64,000 bases of DNA from the human T2T-CHM13v2.0 reference genome, Homo sapiens, in assembly GCF_009914755.1 (NCBI RefSeq), contig NC_060947.1. One strand, 5' to 3'. The translations under genes were made by a program, and so were the position numbers. Below the pieces are notes generated by a model. It had not been told where the DNA came from. It saw only the letters and a list, made by a program, of their open reading frames with translations, and did no database searches. Positions 1 to 20,908 of the stretch are shown one piece after another. How positions within the stretch are numbered: position 1 is the stretch's first letter; each line of letters starts with the position of its first letter.

Positions 1-858
1 TTATGTTTCTTGGGGTTGCTCTTCTCGAGGAATATCTTTGTGGTGTTCTCTATATTTCCTGAATTTGAATGTTGGTCTGCCTTGCTAGGTTGGGGAAGTT
101 CTCCTGGATAATATCTTGAAGAGTGTTTTCCAACTTGGTTCCATTCTCCCCGTCGCTTTCAGGTACACCAATCAAATGTAGATTTGGTCTTTTCACATAG
201 TCCCATATTTCTTGGAGGCTTTGTTCATTTCTTTTCACTCTTTTTTTCTCTAATCTTGTCTTCCTGCTTTATTTCATTGAGTTGATCTTCAATCTCTGAT
301 ATCCTTTCTTCCACTTGATCGATTCGGCTATTGATACTTGTGTATGCTTCATGAAGTTCCTGTGCTGTGTTTTTCAGCGCCATCAGGTCATTTATGTTCT
401 TCTCTAAACATAAATACAACATGAAGCTCCTTTAGCTCGGAGGAGTTTGTCTTTACCTGCCTTCTGAAGCCTACTTCTGTCAATTCATCAAACTCATTCT
501 CCGTCCAGTTTTGTTCCCTTGCTGGTGAGGAGTTGTGACCCTTTGGAAGAGAAGAGGTGTTCTGGTTTTTGGAGTTTTCAGCCTTTTTGCGCTGGTTTCT
601 CTCCATCTTCGTGGATTTATCTACCTTCGGTCTTTGATGTTGGTGATGTTGATACTATTCCTGTTTGTTAGTTTTCCTTCTAACAGTCAGGCCCCTCTGC
701 TGCAGGTCTGCTGGAGTCTGCTGGAGGTCCACTCCACACCCTGCTTGCCTGGGTATCACTAGAGGAGGCTCAGTTGGAAATGCAGGAATCACCTGCCTTC
801 TGCGTTGATCTCGCTGGGAGCTGCAGACCGGAGCTGTTCCTATTTGGCCATCTTGCCA
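1..858 (-). mobile_element. Older L1PA 5' portion (5'UTR with ~750 nt missing, plus ORF1), continuing off the left end
   Basis: ORF1p peptides (EQSLQEIWDYVKRPNL); L1 5' end with YY1 motif AAGATGGC near 846-855; junction at 768/769. Confidence 0.9.
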
Positions 859-870
859 GCTACCTCCCTC

Positions 871-1729
871 TGTGATGACTGAGTGTCAACTTGATTGGAT
901 TGAAGGATGCAAAGTATTGTTCCTGAGTGTGTCTGTGAGGGTGTTGCCAAAGGAGATTTAACATTTGAGTCAGTGGACTGGGAGAGGTAGACCCACCCTC
1001 AATCTGGGTGGGCACCATTTAATCTGCTCTCAGCATGGCTAGGATAAATGCAGGCGGAACGTGGAAAGACTTCACTTGCTGAGTCTTCTGGCCTTCATCT
1101 TTCTCCCGTGCTGGATGCTTCCTGCCCTGGAACATTGGACTCCAAGTTCTTCAGCTTTTAGACTCTTGGACTTACACCAGTGGTTTGCCAGGAGCTGTTG
1201 GGCCTTCGGCCACACCGAAGGCTGCACTGTTGGCTTCCCCACTTTTGAGGTTTTGGGACATGGGCTGACTTCCTTGCTCCTCCTCAGCTTGCAGATGGTC
1301 TATTGTGGGACTTCGCCTTTTGATTGTGTGAGTCAATATTCCTTAATAAACTCCCCCACTCTTTTTTTTTTTTTTTTTTTTGAGACAGAGTCTTGCTCTG
1401 CTGCCCAGGCTGGAGTGCAATGGCTCAATCTTGGCTCACTGCAATCTCCGCCCCCCGGGTTCAAGCGATTTCTCCTGCCTCAGCCTCTCCTGTAATCCTG
1501 GGATTACAGGTGCATGCCACCATGCCCGGCTAATTTTTGTATTTTTAGTAGAGATAGGGTTTCATGTTGGCCAGGCTGGTGTTGAACTCCTGGCCTCAAA
1601 GTGATCCACCCACTTGGGCCTCCCAAAGTGCTGGGATTATAGGTGTGAGCCACTGTGCCCAGCCTAAACTCCCCTTCATATACACATCTATCCTATTAGT
1701 TCTGTTCCTCTACAGAACCCTAATATACA
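871..1729 (+). mobile_element. MLT2A-type ERVL solo LTR interrupted by an Alu (1361-1665, minus)
   Basis: TG...CA ends; diagnostic gagtgtcaacttgattggattgaaggatgcaaagtattg; Alu flanked by repeated taaactcccc. Confidence 0.85.
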
Positions 1730-1890
1730 GTCTCCCCACCTAAATTCTACATTCACAGATTAAAGGTAGATTAAACTCCTTCCTCTTTAGGAAGTCTGCT
1801 CAGCTCCTCTAGGGAAATCTCTCTCTCATTAGGACTCTTCTCCAGGCAATCTAGATGTCAGGAAGCAAACCTAGTGAGCACAAACTACAG

Positions 1891-2106
1891 CAGGGGTGTC
1901 CAATCTTCTGGCTTCCCTGGGCCACATTGGAAGAATTGTCTTGGGCTACCCATTAAGTACCCTAACACTAATGATAGCTGATGGGCTAAAAAATAATCAG
2001 AAAAAAACTCATAATGTTTTAATTAAGTTTATGAATTTGTGTTGGGCTGCATTCAAAGCCATCCTGGGTTGCATGCGGCCCATGGGCTGAGGGTTGGATA
2101 AGCTTG
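1891..2106 (+). mobile_element. MER30-like hAT MITE
   Basis: caggggtgtccaatctt...ttggataagcttg termini; second copy at 9842. Confidence 0.75.
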
Positions 2107-2498
2107 AACTACAGTATGGTTTCCAAGCGTCAAGGGAGTAATTTGCATCTACACTTGAAATGTAATCCATAGGGAATTTGCAGCTAAAGAGGAAACCTGT
2201 AGGTACTTCCCTGGAATAAACTTCAGTAAATTGCTTCACTTTTCTATGGCAGGTTTCTTCAGCAGTCAAAATGAAGGGGCTGATTTAAATGGTATCTAAG
2301 ATCCTTTTGGCTTTGACTTTCTGTTGTAACAGCATACTATTACAGTTGCTGATCTCATTCTTGCTCAGAATTGGGCAGAACCCATGTAAATCAAGACCTC
2401 GAGGTTGGGCGCGGTGGCTCACTCCTGTAATCCCAGCATTTTGGGAGGGCGAGACAGGTGGATCACCCGAGGTCAGGAGTTTGAGACCAGGCTTGTCA

Positions 2499-3133
<635 letters not shown>

Positions 3134-3935
3134 AGTTCCAAGTGCATCCTTTCCAAAAAATATTTCAATGCATATTAAGCAATTTGTAGTTATAATGGCC
3201 TCCACCAGCATTTCCTAGCTTCTTCAGAAATCTGACTGCAGAATATCCTCCATTTCAATTGATTTTAATTCAGCACCAAATCTGGATATAAAAATATTAT
3301 CTATTCAAATTTAAGTGCATCTTTAATATTTTGCATAATAGAACAATAGAGCAGGAAGGACTACTAAGGTAATTTAGCCTAATACACTTTACTTAGTATA
3401 AAGAAATATGTTCAGAGAGGTTCAGGTGACACCTATGGTCATATAGTTAGACAGAAACAGAGCAAGGGCTAAAAGCCAGATCTCTTTACTTCCTGTGCAG
3501 TGTTTCTACTCCATGTTTGCAAAAGAGCTGCTGTCTAGTTTCATATAACTTATAATCTGCCAGGGTAACTTTCAAATCAAGTTTTTATTATCAAAAGGAA
3601 ATTACCTAGTCAAGGAATGTTCACTGTCTGGGACGAAAGGTAGATCAATTGTTGCAAACAGTCATTTATCTACTCATCTTGGTTGTTTTGACTCACCTAA
3701 TGGGTAACAACATTAAGAATGAGGGACCATGTATAGATTCCTAGAATAATATATCCCAATCCAGAAATACTTAAAGAAACTGTCCCATCAAACTGTCCTT
3801 AGGACAATATGAAATTTAAATTAATTTAATTATAACTTCAAAATGTAAAATCCTAATTTTACAATTCTAGTTTAGTGTTTAAAACTCACTCCTCTTTAGA
3901 TGGTAATCAAAAACTCAGAATTTAGATTGTAAAAG

Positions 3936-3941
3936 TTTATT
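3936..3941 (-). terminator. Candidate polyadenylation signal AATAAA
   Basis: tttatt on plus strand, with T/GT-rich sequence downstream on minus strand (CTGAGTTTTTGATT). Confidence 0.6.
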
Positions 3942-4999
3942 GATATGGTCAAAAAGCAAACAGCCAGACATTTGGTTATCTTTGCCACTACAATGTGTCA
4001 TTCTGAACTGTATCTTAAAAATGCATAACAAATGATATTTAAACCATTACCAGAAAAGTAAATGAAGAGTCTACTTAAGGCACTTCATATGAAAGCTAAT
4101 TCAAAATTTTCACAAAAGTCACACTATTTTATAAGTGTAGTAAATTACCTTCTACACATTTTAGCCAGAATGCTGCCTTTCTCCTTACAGAAGAATGTGC
4201 TCTTAAAGGGAGAAAAAGCAAATACAAAAAATTGTCATTCTGTCAATGTTCATGACAAATTATCTGGAACTATACAGATTACATGGCAGTAGTATTCCCG
4301 TGGTCAATCTGTACAAATCAGGGCATCTTCATACAAGTCTCATAAGAACCACAGCATAGATTTGGCCTGAGACAAGTACAAGAATAGCAGGTAAGGAATT
4401 CAGAATCTCACAATTTACAAGTGAGTAATTAACAAAAACTGGCTGCTCCATTAAAAAGTAAAAGGTCAACCATATCCCCTCATCCATGAAATCTAGTAAC
4501 GAAAAACAAAAAACCCACATAAAATATTTCTTCTGAGGCTACTATATCCATCTCTTTCTGCAAACCACATGGCAGGGTTATTAGAAGGTAAATGGCAGGT
4601 GGCAGTCATAGTATCTTTTTAATGTAATACTTGTAAGATTTCCTTAAAATTATTTTTTCACAATTACAATTATCCTATTTCCACAATAGTGGCATTTCAG
4701 GTTACTCTTCATAACTATGGGGGAGGTTATAGTTAGATATAATGATAACCATGAAAACATTCTTCACAGAAATTTGGTTAGCACATATGGTTATTTCTAC
4801 TGACAGAAACCAAAAGACAAAATAAAAAAAATCCCTTCAAATTGGTACTTTGTTTCTCCACCTAAAGGAAGAGAATAAAGACTAAAATAACAGCAAAACA
4901 TAGAACAGCTTTCGAGAAACGCTTAATTTCTATATACAGGCATCAGCTCAATATTTTATGATTTTTCTTTCCCATTCTAAGGGAGTCCTTTTCTTTCTT

Positions 5000-6145
<1,146 letters not shown>

Positions 6146-6776
6146 TCATAGACAGCACTGTATTTCAGTAGGAAATATGCAAGGAGGAGGAGAAACAACT
6201 GTCTTGCTGAGGGCTAGACGTGTGCTCTGAAGAATGGTGTTCCATTTTCAGAAGACCACATGACACACATAATTTCTCTACTCAAAAGGAAAGATGCGTA
6301 AAGTATACACATCCACACAAAGATGAAGAAGCTAAGAATGAATTCCTAATGTAGTTATCTGTAACAGGCATATGTGGGAACACCTGGTCAGGACTTACTT
6401 TCCCCATCTTTGGATAAGGCAATATAAAATCAGATGACCAAGTTAACTAAAGTAGTTTTGAGCTTTGTTCTAACTAAAACAAAGTAGTAGTTTTACAATT
6501 TTTATAATATACTTAATTGTACTAAATTAAATGTTCCATAAAGTTCACTGGGAAGAGAAGGTTAAGAGGATAATTATTTTCAAATACCTCAGATTTTGAC
6601 AGAGGATTGCTTGTTAAGGCACTACACATCTTCTTTGGTTAAATGATTAACTATTTAAATCACTTGAAAAAAAGAGGTAATACAAAATATACAAGTTGCA
6701 TTCTTCTTTTCAAACACACACGATTTTCGTTTTTCAATTTCCAGTACTCCAGTGTCTATATATCTCTGGGACCTTT

Positions 6777-6792
6777 TTAACTCATCAGAAAG
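6777..6792 (-). CDS. MAGT1: MAGT1 exon 10 coding part (S)FLMS*
   Basis: CAG|C TTT CTG ATG AGT TAA completes the MAGT1 C-terminus YPYSFLMS. Confidence 0.95.
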
Positions 6793-7967
6793 CTGAAACA
6801 AAAATATATTCCAATCTATTAGTCTCTGAAAGAAAAGTAGGATTTACTTTTAATCAATAAGCAGTATGTTGGTTTTAACAGATAAAAGAGCATTTTGGTA
6901 CGTACATGATAATCTTTGGGTATCAATAACAAAAAGTGAGAAACACTGAGAGACCCGTTAGTCTTATGACAAAAGGAAATAGAATAACCTCAAGTTAAAA
7001 TATCTCCTGAATAGAGACACTAATTAATAATTTTATTTTTTCATTTTTTTAGAGATGGGGTCTCACTGTGTTGCCCAGTCTGGTCTGGGACTCCCACGCT
7101 CAAGTGATCATTCTGTCTTAGCCTTCTGAGTAGCTGGGACTACAGGCACATGACACTGCTATTGAATCAACTCTGCTGATCAAATAATTAACAGAAGTCC
7201 CAGCAAAATTACCCTCACATCTCAATTAGTATTCTGTAGAGGATAAATTATTATAATTATTATTTTTGAGATGGGGTCTCACTCTATTACTCATACTGGA
7301 GTGCAGTGGCACTCTATTTCTTAAAAAAAAGTAGAGGCGAGAAGAAGTTTTTAACATTAAAAAAAATCATTTCTTCTTCAAAAGGAAGTATAATATGCAG
7401 ACAAGGAGCTATGTGAATAGATAATGGCATAAAATGTTCTAATCATTATGTATTTCTAGAATACATATGAGATTTCTAGAATAAATTAGGTATGGCAAAA
7501 TAAATCTAAAAGATGTTCCTGAGAAATCACATACTAATATTGTCCATTATACTATAATTAATTTTTATATGGGAACATATCTGAATTACAGCTGTTTGGG
7601 CATGGTGGCTGGCTAATGCCTATAATCCCAGCCCTCTGGGAGGCTGAGCAGGAGACTCGCTTGATGCCAGAAGTTCAAGACCAGCCTGGGTAACATAGCA
7701 AGACCCTGTCTTTACAAAAAATAAAAATATTAGCTGGGTGTGGTCATGTGCAGCTGTAGTCCTAGCCTCTTGGGAAGCTGAGGTGAAATGATGGCTTGAG
7801 CTCAGGAGTTCAAGGTTACAATGAGCTATGAACACGCCATTACACTTCAGCCTGAGTGACAGAGTGAGACCCTGTCTCTGAAAATAAATGAATAGGCCGG
7901 GCTCAGTGGCTCATGCCTATAATCCCAGCACTTTGGGAGGATGAGGCGGGTGGATCACTTGAGGTCA

Positions 7968-8252
<285 letters not shown>

Positions 8253-8333
8253 CTAAAATAGTTTGGAAGCAAAGCAAAAAGAAGGATATTATAAAGCAAT
8301 ATCAACTCTAATCATTCCAGGTATTGGTAATCA

Positions 8334-8834
<501 letters not shown>

Positions 8835-9080
8835 TGAGCCACCATGCCCGGCCTGGCAGTCTATACTTTCAGAGAGTGAAAAGGAAGGGGTATACATTAT
8901 TGATAAATCTCAACTTTTCAACAATTTTCATCCCTATTTCTTAATCTTCAGGAATCTGCCTTCCCCTTTAATTTGCTCCATTACAATGTAATAGAGTAAC
9001 TCCTTTACATAATTATGCAATTCAAATGTATGAAATAATGAATTCCTTTAAAGTCATCACACTGAAAGGTTTACTGTTAG

Positions 9081-9446
<366 letters not shown>

Positions 9447-9841
9447 TAAAACCCCTAAAAGTGGCCTTGTAGTATTGATAAACATTAACTTAGACATCTG
9501 ATGACTTCATTGTGATAGCCTCACTTGAAAGTACTTTATTCATGCACAGATAACTACACAGCCTTATATATGTAACTCAATAAACATGGATTTCTTATTT
9601 GAATGAGAAAAAAAATCTGATCCCTAGCCCTAGATTCATAGCTCTCTCCACTAATCCCACATGTCATGTCCTACATTAGCACAGCAGTTATTAAAGTGAA
9701 CTACAAATACTAATCCCCAAATGCGCAAGTATGGATTGTCATGATGTGAAGCTCTTTCAATCCCCGGACTAAAAATGGCTAAGAACTATAGAGATAGGGA
9801 TGTAGGGAAGCATGTGTCCAACAGCAAAGGAAGCTCTAGGG

Positions 9842-10041
9842 CAGGGGTGTCCAATCTTTTGGCTTCCCAGGGCCGTACTGGAAGAAGAGCTGTCCTGGGC
9901 CACAAATAAAATACACTAACACTAATGATAGCTGATAAGCTGAAAAAAAAAAAAATTGCAGAAAAAAACCCTCATGATGTTTTAAGGAAGTTGACAAGTT
10001 TGTGTTGGGCCGCATGTGGCCCACAGACTGGACAAGTTTGT
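9842..10041 (+). mobile_element. MER30-like hAT MITE
   Basis: Clearly homologous to 1891-2106. Confidence 0.75.
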
Positions 10042-10367
10042 TCTAGGGTAACATACTTAGTGACTGATAAGAAAATCAATTTTCGGCCGGGCGCTGTGGC
10101 TCATGCCTGTAACCCCAGCACTCTGGGAGGCCAAGGCGGGTGGATCACGAGGTCAGGAGTTCAAGACCAGCCTGGCCAAGATGATGAAGCCCCATCTCTA
10201 CTAAAAACTACAAAAAAAATTAGCCAGGCGTGGCGGCAGGCACCTGTAATCCCAGCTACTCGGGAGGCTGAGGCAGGATAATCGCTTGGCAAAGCTTGCA
10301 GTGAACCAAGATCGCGCCACTGCACTCCAGCCTAGGCGAAAAAGCAAGCCTCTGTCTCAAAAAAAAA

Positions 10368-10399
<32 letters not shown>

Positions 10400-10508
10400 T
10401 CAACTTTCAGTTTTGTTTTACTTATGGAACAATTCTTTTGCCTTTTCTAATTGTTACACAATATGACTAGGGCTTAATGTGTAAATGTTAAACAATATTT
10501 CTCTTTAA

Positions 10509-11102
10509 TTCTTTTCTAATTTACAAAAAAGAAGTGCAGCTTGCTGCCAATGCTCATTTAATTTTATATAATCACGCTGTTTGAGGCTGAAGTAAATCTG
10601 ACTGATTTTCAATGTGAAAATAAAACAAAAACTGTTGTTGGAGTTATTACTAAACAGAACTAACATCAGAATCGTCTGAATCATCACAATAGTCTATTTC
10701 AGAAAAATTGAATTCATCAAATGAATCTTTGGCCAACAACTGTTCGAGAATGGTGTAAACATTACACGTGGAATGCTACATTTTCTAGGATTTGACATTT
10801 TCAGTGATCAAGAATTACTATATTTTGTAAATGGAAATACCACTATAATGGAAATAAAAATGGACTGATGTCTAGTATATTAGTATATTATTCTATTTAC
10901 AGCACTCTGTTTTCAGTAGTGGTAATGGATCACTTGAACCCAGTGATATCTAACATATCAATTTTGTTTCCAAAGTTGATATACTAGAGTGGATGTGAAA
11001 ACAATAATTAAAGCACGATATTTTGTGGCAGAGTTATCTCAGCGTAAACACTGCAGCCACAAGCACTGCCAGTGAGTATTCTCAGGGCAAATGGGAAAAG
11101 GG
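10509..11102 (-). mobile_element. MER75 piggyBac-type non-autonomous transposon
   Basis: CCCTTTTCCC terminal repeat; TTAA at 10505-08 and 11103-06; internal sequence matches recalled MER75 consensus. Confidence 0.85.
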
Positions 11103-11106
11103 TTAA

Positions 11107-14083
<2,977 letters not shown>

Positions 14084-14239
14084 TACTTTTCCTGAGTATT
14101 AACACATGCTGAGTGTAGACAAGTTAGCCTTTTATTCTCTAAGAAAATGTACTCATAGACTGCGTGTGATGGCTCACGCCTGTAAATCACAGCATTTGGG
14201 GAGGCCAAGGCAGAAGGATTGCTTGAGCCCAGGAGTTCA

Positions 14240-14551
<312 letters not shown>

Positions 14552-14736
14552 CTAAAGAAACGTCTATTAATTTGTGATCATTTTGTTAGGTAAGAAACTT
14601 AGGAGATCAAATTGTGACTATTTCAGTATATGTTGCCAAAATGTTTAACAATTTAAGTTCATGTCAGTAATGTACTTTGATGGCCTTTTCCCAAGAATAA
14701 ACACTGAAATAGGCAATTTTTAAACAGTCAGGCAAA

Positions 14737-14774
14737 GTCTACAGCCATAGCACCCTGAACGCGCCTGATCTCGT
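14737..14774 (+). pseudogene. 5S rRNA 5' fragment (38 nt) retropseudogene
   Basis: gtctacagccatagcaccctgaacgcgcctgatctcgt vs 5S GTCTACGGCCATACCACCCTGAACGCGCCCGATCTCGT (3 mismatches); flanked by aaa(c/a)agtcaggca duplication. Confidence 0.88.
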
Positions 14775-14825
14775 AAAAAGTCAGGCAGTGAAAGGACATA
14801 TACTGACTGGATTAAAAACTATAAA

Positions 14826-14932
14826 ATGCTTACTTTGGCAGCATATATACTAAAACTGGAATCATACAGAGAAGATTAGCATGGCCCCTGTGCAAGGATG
14901 ACATGCAAATTCGTGAAGTGTTCCATATTTTT
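14826..14932 (+). pseudogene. Full-length U6 snRNA retropseudogene
   Basis: Colinear with U6 including ACAGAGAAGATTAGCATGGCCCCTG and the 3' TTCCATATTTTT; CpG-decayed; ttaaaaact on both sides. Confidence 0.93.
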
Positions 14933-15304
14933 TTAAAAAAATTTTAAAAACTGATACATTAATTATTTTTCTAACACGTAAAAATTCATTTTTTTAGAGA
15001 TTGAGTCTCGCTCTGCTGCCCAGACTGAAGTGCAGTGGTGTGATCATAGCTCACTGCAGCCTCTAACTCCTGGCCTCAAGCCATCCTCCTGTCCCAGCCT
15101 CACAAGTAGCTGGGACTACAAGTGCGTTGTACCACATCCAGCTAAAAAAAATCTATTTTAATTGAGCAAAACAAGTATTTCTCAAATTTTAAGTTCAGTA
15201 TCTTCATCTTTTTTCTAGAAGTTAAAGTAAATATTAGACTTTATTTAGGTAGGGTAATTTTTATGACATTTAACTTTTTTATTTATTTATTTATTTTGAG
15301 ATGA

Positions 15305-15427
<123 letters not shown>

Positions 15428-16039
15428 TGACACCATGCCTGGCTAATTTTTGCTTTTTTAGAGACGGGGTTTCGCCATGTTGGCCAGGCTAGTCTCGAAC
15501 TCCTGACCTCAGGTGATCCACCTGCCTTGGCTTCCCAAGTGTTGGGATTTACAGGTGTGAGTCACCACGCCTGGTTGACATTTAACTTTTTAATCATAAA
15601 AGGAAAATCTTGACTTATTTCATGAAAGTAAAACCAAATTACATTGTTAGATTCTCTCTGCAACAGATAACAATGTGTGAATATTCTAATATATAAAAAG
15701 TTCATGCAGGCTGGGCATGGTGGCTCACGCCTGTAATCTTAGCACTTTGGGAGGCCACAGTGGGAAAGGTTGCTTGAGCACAGGAGATACAGACCAACCT
15801 CGGCAATAAAGTGAGACCCCATCTCTACAAAAAATAAAATTAAATTAACTGGGAGTGGTGGCATGAGCCTGTGGTCATAGCTACCTGGGAAGCTGAGGCA
15901 GTAGGACTGCTGGAGCCCAGGAGTTCGAGGCTACAGTGAGTCATTATTGTGGCACTGCACTCCAGCCTGGGCAACAGAGTAAGGCCTGGCCTTAAAAAAA
16001 AAAAAAAAATGTCCAGCTGAGCACGGTGGCTCACGCCTA

Positions 16040-16344
<305 letters not shown>

Positions 16345-16677
16345 CTAACAGATAAATGGCAAAAGACAAAAGGACAATTTATAGAAGGAAAAACATAAAC
16401 ACAAATGACTAGTAAACATTTAGGAAAATATTTGACCTTATAAAAATAAAAGGAGTACAAAATAATACATTTCCACCTTATCTGATTGGCAAATATATAT
16501 GTATCTATAAAACAGATACATATTAATGAGATTAATGCTGATAAAATTACAATGAAATGGCTGGGCACAGTGGTTCATGTCTGTAACCCCAGCACTTTGG
16601 GAGGCCGAGGCGGGCGGATCACGACGTCAGGAGATCAAGACCATCCTGGCTAACACAGTGAAACCTCATCTCTACTA

Positions 16678-17169
<492 letters not shown>

Positions 17170-17867
17170 TAAGTAGCTGAGATTACACACGCACGCCACC
17201 ATGCCCAGCTAATTTTTGTATTTTTAGTAGAGACGGGGGTTTCACCACGTTGGCCAGGCTGGTCTCAAACTCCTGACCTTGTGATCCACCTGCCTTGGCC
17301 TCCCAAAGTGCTGGGATTACAGGCGTGAGCCACCGCGTCTGGCCAAATTTTTGTACTTTTAGTAGAGACAGGGTTTCACCATGTTCATCAGGCTTGATGG
17401 CCTCGAACTCCTGACCTCAAGTGATCCACCCGCCTCGGTCTCCCAAAGTGCCAGGATTACTGGCATAAGCCACTGCGCCCGGCCAAAACAAACATTCTTA
17501 AATACCAGTAGTAGAAATCTAAATTATTTTAACTTGCCAAAATAATCTGTAATGATTAAAACATCAAGAGAATTGAAAATACTCAGACAGAGGACCACAC
17601 AGTTATTCTTCTTCTAGGAATCTACCTTAAGGAAACAATATTAAATAAGAATGATGGCTGGGCGTGGTGGCTCATGCCTGTAATCCTAGCACTTCAGGAG
17701 GCTGAGGCAAGTGGATCACCTGAGGTCAGGAGTTCAAGACCAGCCTGGCCAACATGGTGAAACCCCGTCTCTACTAAAAATACAAAAAAAAAAAAGAAAA
17801 AAAAAACCCCAAAAAACAAAAAAACTAGCCGGGCGTGGTGGTGGGCGCCTGTAATCCCAGCTACTCA

Positions 17868-17972
<105 letters not shown>

Positions 17973-18730
17973 TCAAAAAAAAAAAATGATGCTTAATGTA
18001 TCATGATAGTTACTGAAGAATAATTATAGTTAAAATTAGGAAAAAACTAAACATTGAAAAAAATCGGAATAGTTAAATTATAATATAGAGTATAAGTCAG
18101 CCAGGCACGGCAGCTCACGCCTGTAATCCCAACACTTTGGGAGGCTGAGGTGGGAAGATCACTTGAGTCCAGGGGTTTGAGGCCAGCCTGGGCAAAGTGA
18201 CAAAACCCCATCTCTACAAAAAGTACAAAATATAAGCTGGGCATGGTGGCACATGCCTGTAGTCCCAGCTACTAGGGAAGTTGAGGTGTGAGGACAGCTT
18301 GAGCCTAGGGGCGGAGGTTGCAGTGAGCTATGATTATGCTACTGCACTCCAGCCTGAGTGACAGAGTGAGACCCTATCTTAAAGAAAACAAACAATAACA
18401 GAGTATAAGTTTAAAATTATGTATATAGAAAAAGTTATTAGTTATTTAACTCCAGTTTAAAAAGGGGGTGTGAAGTGTCAAAATTTTATATATACAGTTT
18501 TTAAGGTTTTTATAAGTGGAAAGAAATATATTACAATTTAAAAATAATTAGTTTTTCAGTGGTGGAATGTTTCATGCTCCTGTTTTTTTACATTTTCTAT
18601 AATGAGCATATATTAATTTTAAAATAGTAAAGGAGTTTAATAACAGATATGACATTTAAAGAAAAAAATAGTAAAGGGGTAAAATAACCTACTTATCCTA
18701 TAAGTAAGAGGAAAAGTGATTAAGAGATCA

Positions 18731-18928
<198 letters not shown>

Positions 18929-19731
18929 TCATGAAGAAAATTAAAATGAATATATAAACCTTCAACTCTTCATTATAAAAAACCAAAATAAGGAATCTTG
19001 TATCTATACGGCATGACAATTATTTACTATGAAGATACAAAAAATTAAAATTGGAAGATTACTTCATTTGTGCAAAGAAAAATTGATATTTTAAACAAAT
19101 GTCCCACCATAACTTACAGATGAAATATGAGTTTTCCCGAAATTGTACTTTGAAATAACCTGTCTGGACATTCAGTTATTGCCCTGACCTCAAACACATT
19201 TAAAAATATTAAATGGCTTTTTTTTTTTTTTGAGACAGGGTCTGGCTCTGTCACCCAGGCTGGAGTGCAGTGACGCAATCTCAGCTCACTACAACCTCCA
19301 CCTCCCAGGCTCAAGCCACCCTCCCACCTCAGCCTCCTGAGTAGCTGCAACTACAGGTGCTCACCACCACGCCCAGTTAAATTCTGTAATTTTTTTTTTT
19401 TTTTTTTTTTGTAGAGATGGGGTTTTGCCACGTTGCACACGCTGGTCTTGAACTCTTGACCTCAAGCAATCCACCTGCCTCGGCCTCCCAAAGTGCTGGG
19501 ATTACAGGTGTGAATGACCACGCCCAGCCCTAAATAGCCATTTTGAATATTTCACCCCACCTCCCTAAAGAACACATTTGAAATATATATCATTTAGGGA
19601 GAACAGTAACTACTTTTTATTTGAAAATTAATTTCTGAAAAATCTCTCCTGGCCTAGTTTAGCGGTTCACACCTGTAATCCTAACAGTTTGGGAGGCCGA
19701 GGCGGGCCGATTGCTTAAGTCTGGGAGTTCA

Positions 19732-19929
<198 letters not shown>

Positions 19930-20152
19930 TCAAAAAAAAAATTCTCCATATTTTCAATAATACTTTATTTTTTAAATTTTTCCCATGCCAAGATGCCAAA
20001 AGTACATCAATAATTAGCCTTTAAAGCACAAATTACTACTAACCTATCTAATTTTATCCTATTCTAATAAAAAAGAAAAATCCTGGCCGTGCGTGGTGGC
20101 TCACGCCTGTACTCCCAGCACTTTGAGAGGCAGAGGTAGGCGGATCACCTTA

Positions 20153-20419
<267 letters not shown>

Positions 20420-20713
20420 TTATTCAGCTTAATAGGAGCTGCATAAATACAAAATACAACAACCCATACAAATAGGTAACAGATGGCATGGTTGAATATT
20501 AAAATAAGCAAGTTCAAATTTTAAAGCAAATAGAATGTGTTCTAGTAGAAAAGAGAGACAGATTCACCCTGCAGTTTAGTGAATACTAACAGCAGTAAAA
20601 CACTCCCAAATCAATTATACATATGTACATACATGTTGTATGCTACCGCATGTGGGTATCATTAAGCGGAAAGGGAAAAATATGTGCCCTTTAGATGAGG
20701 CCTGAATTTATAA

Positions 20714-20908
<195 letters not shown>

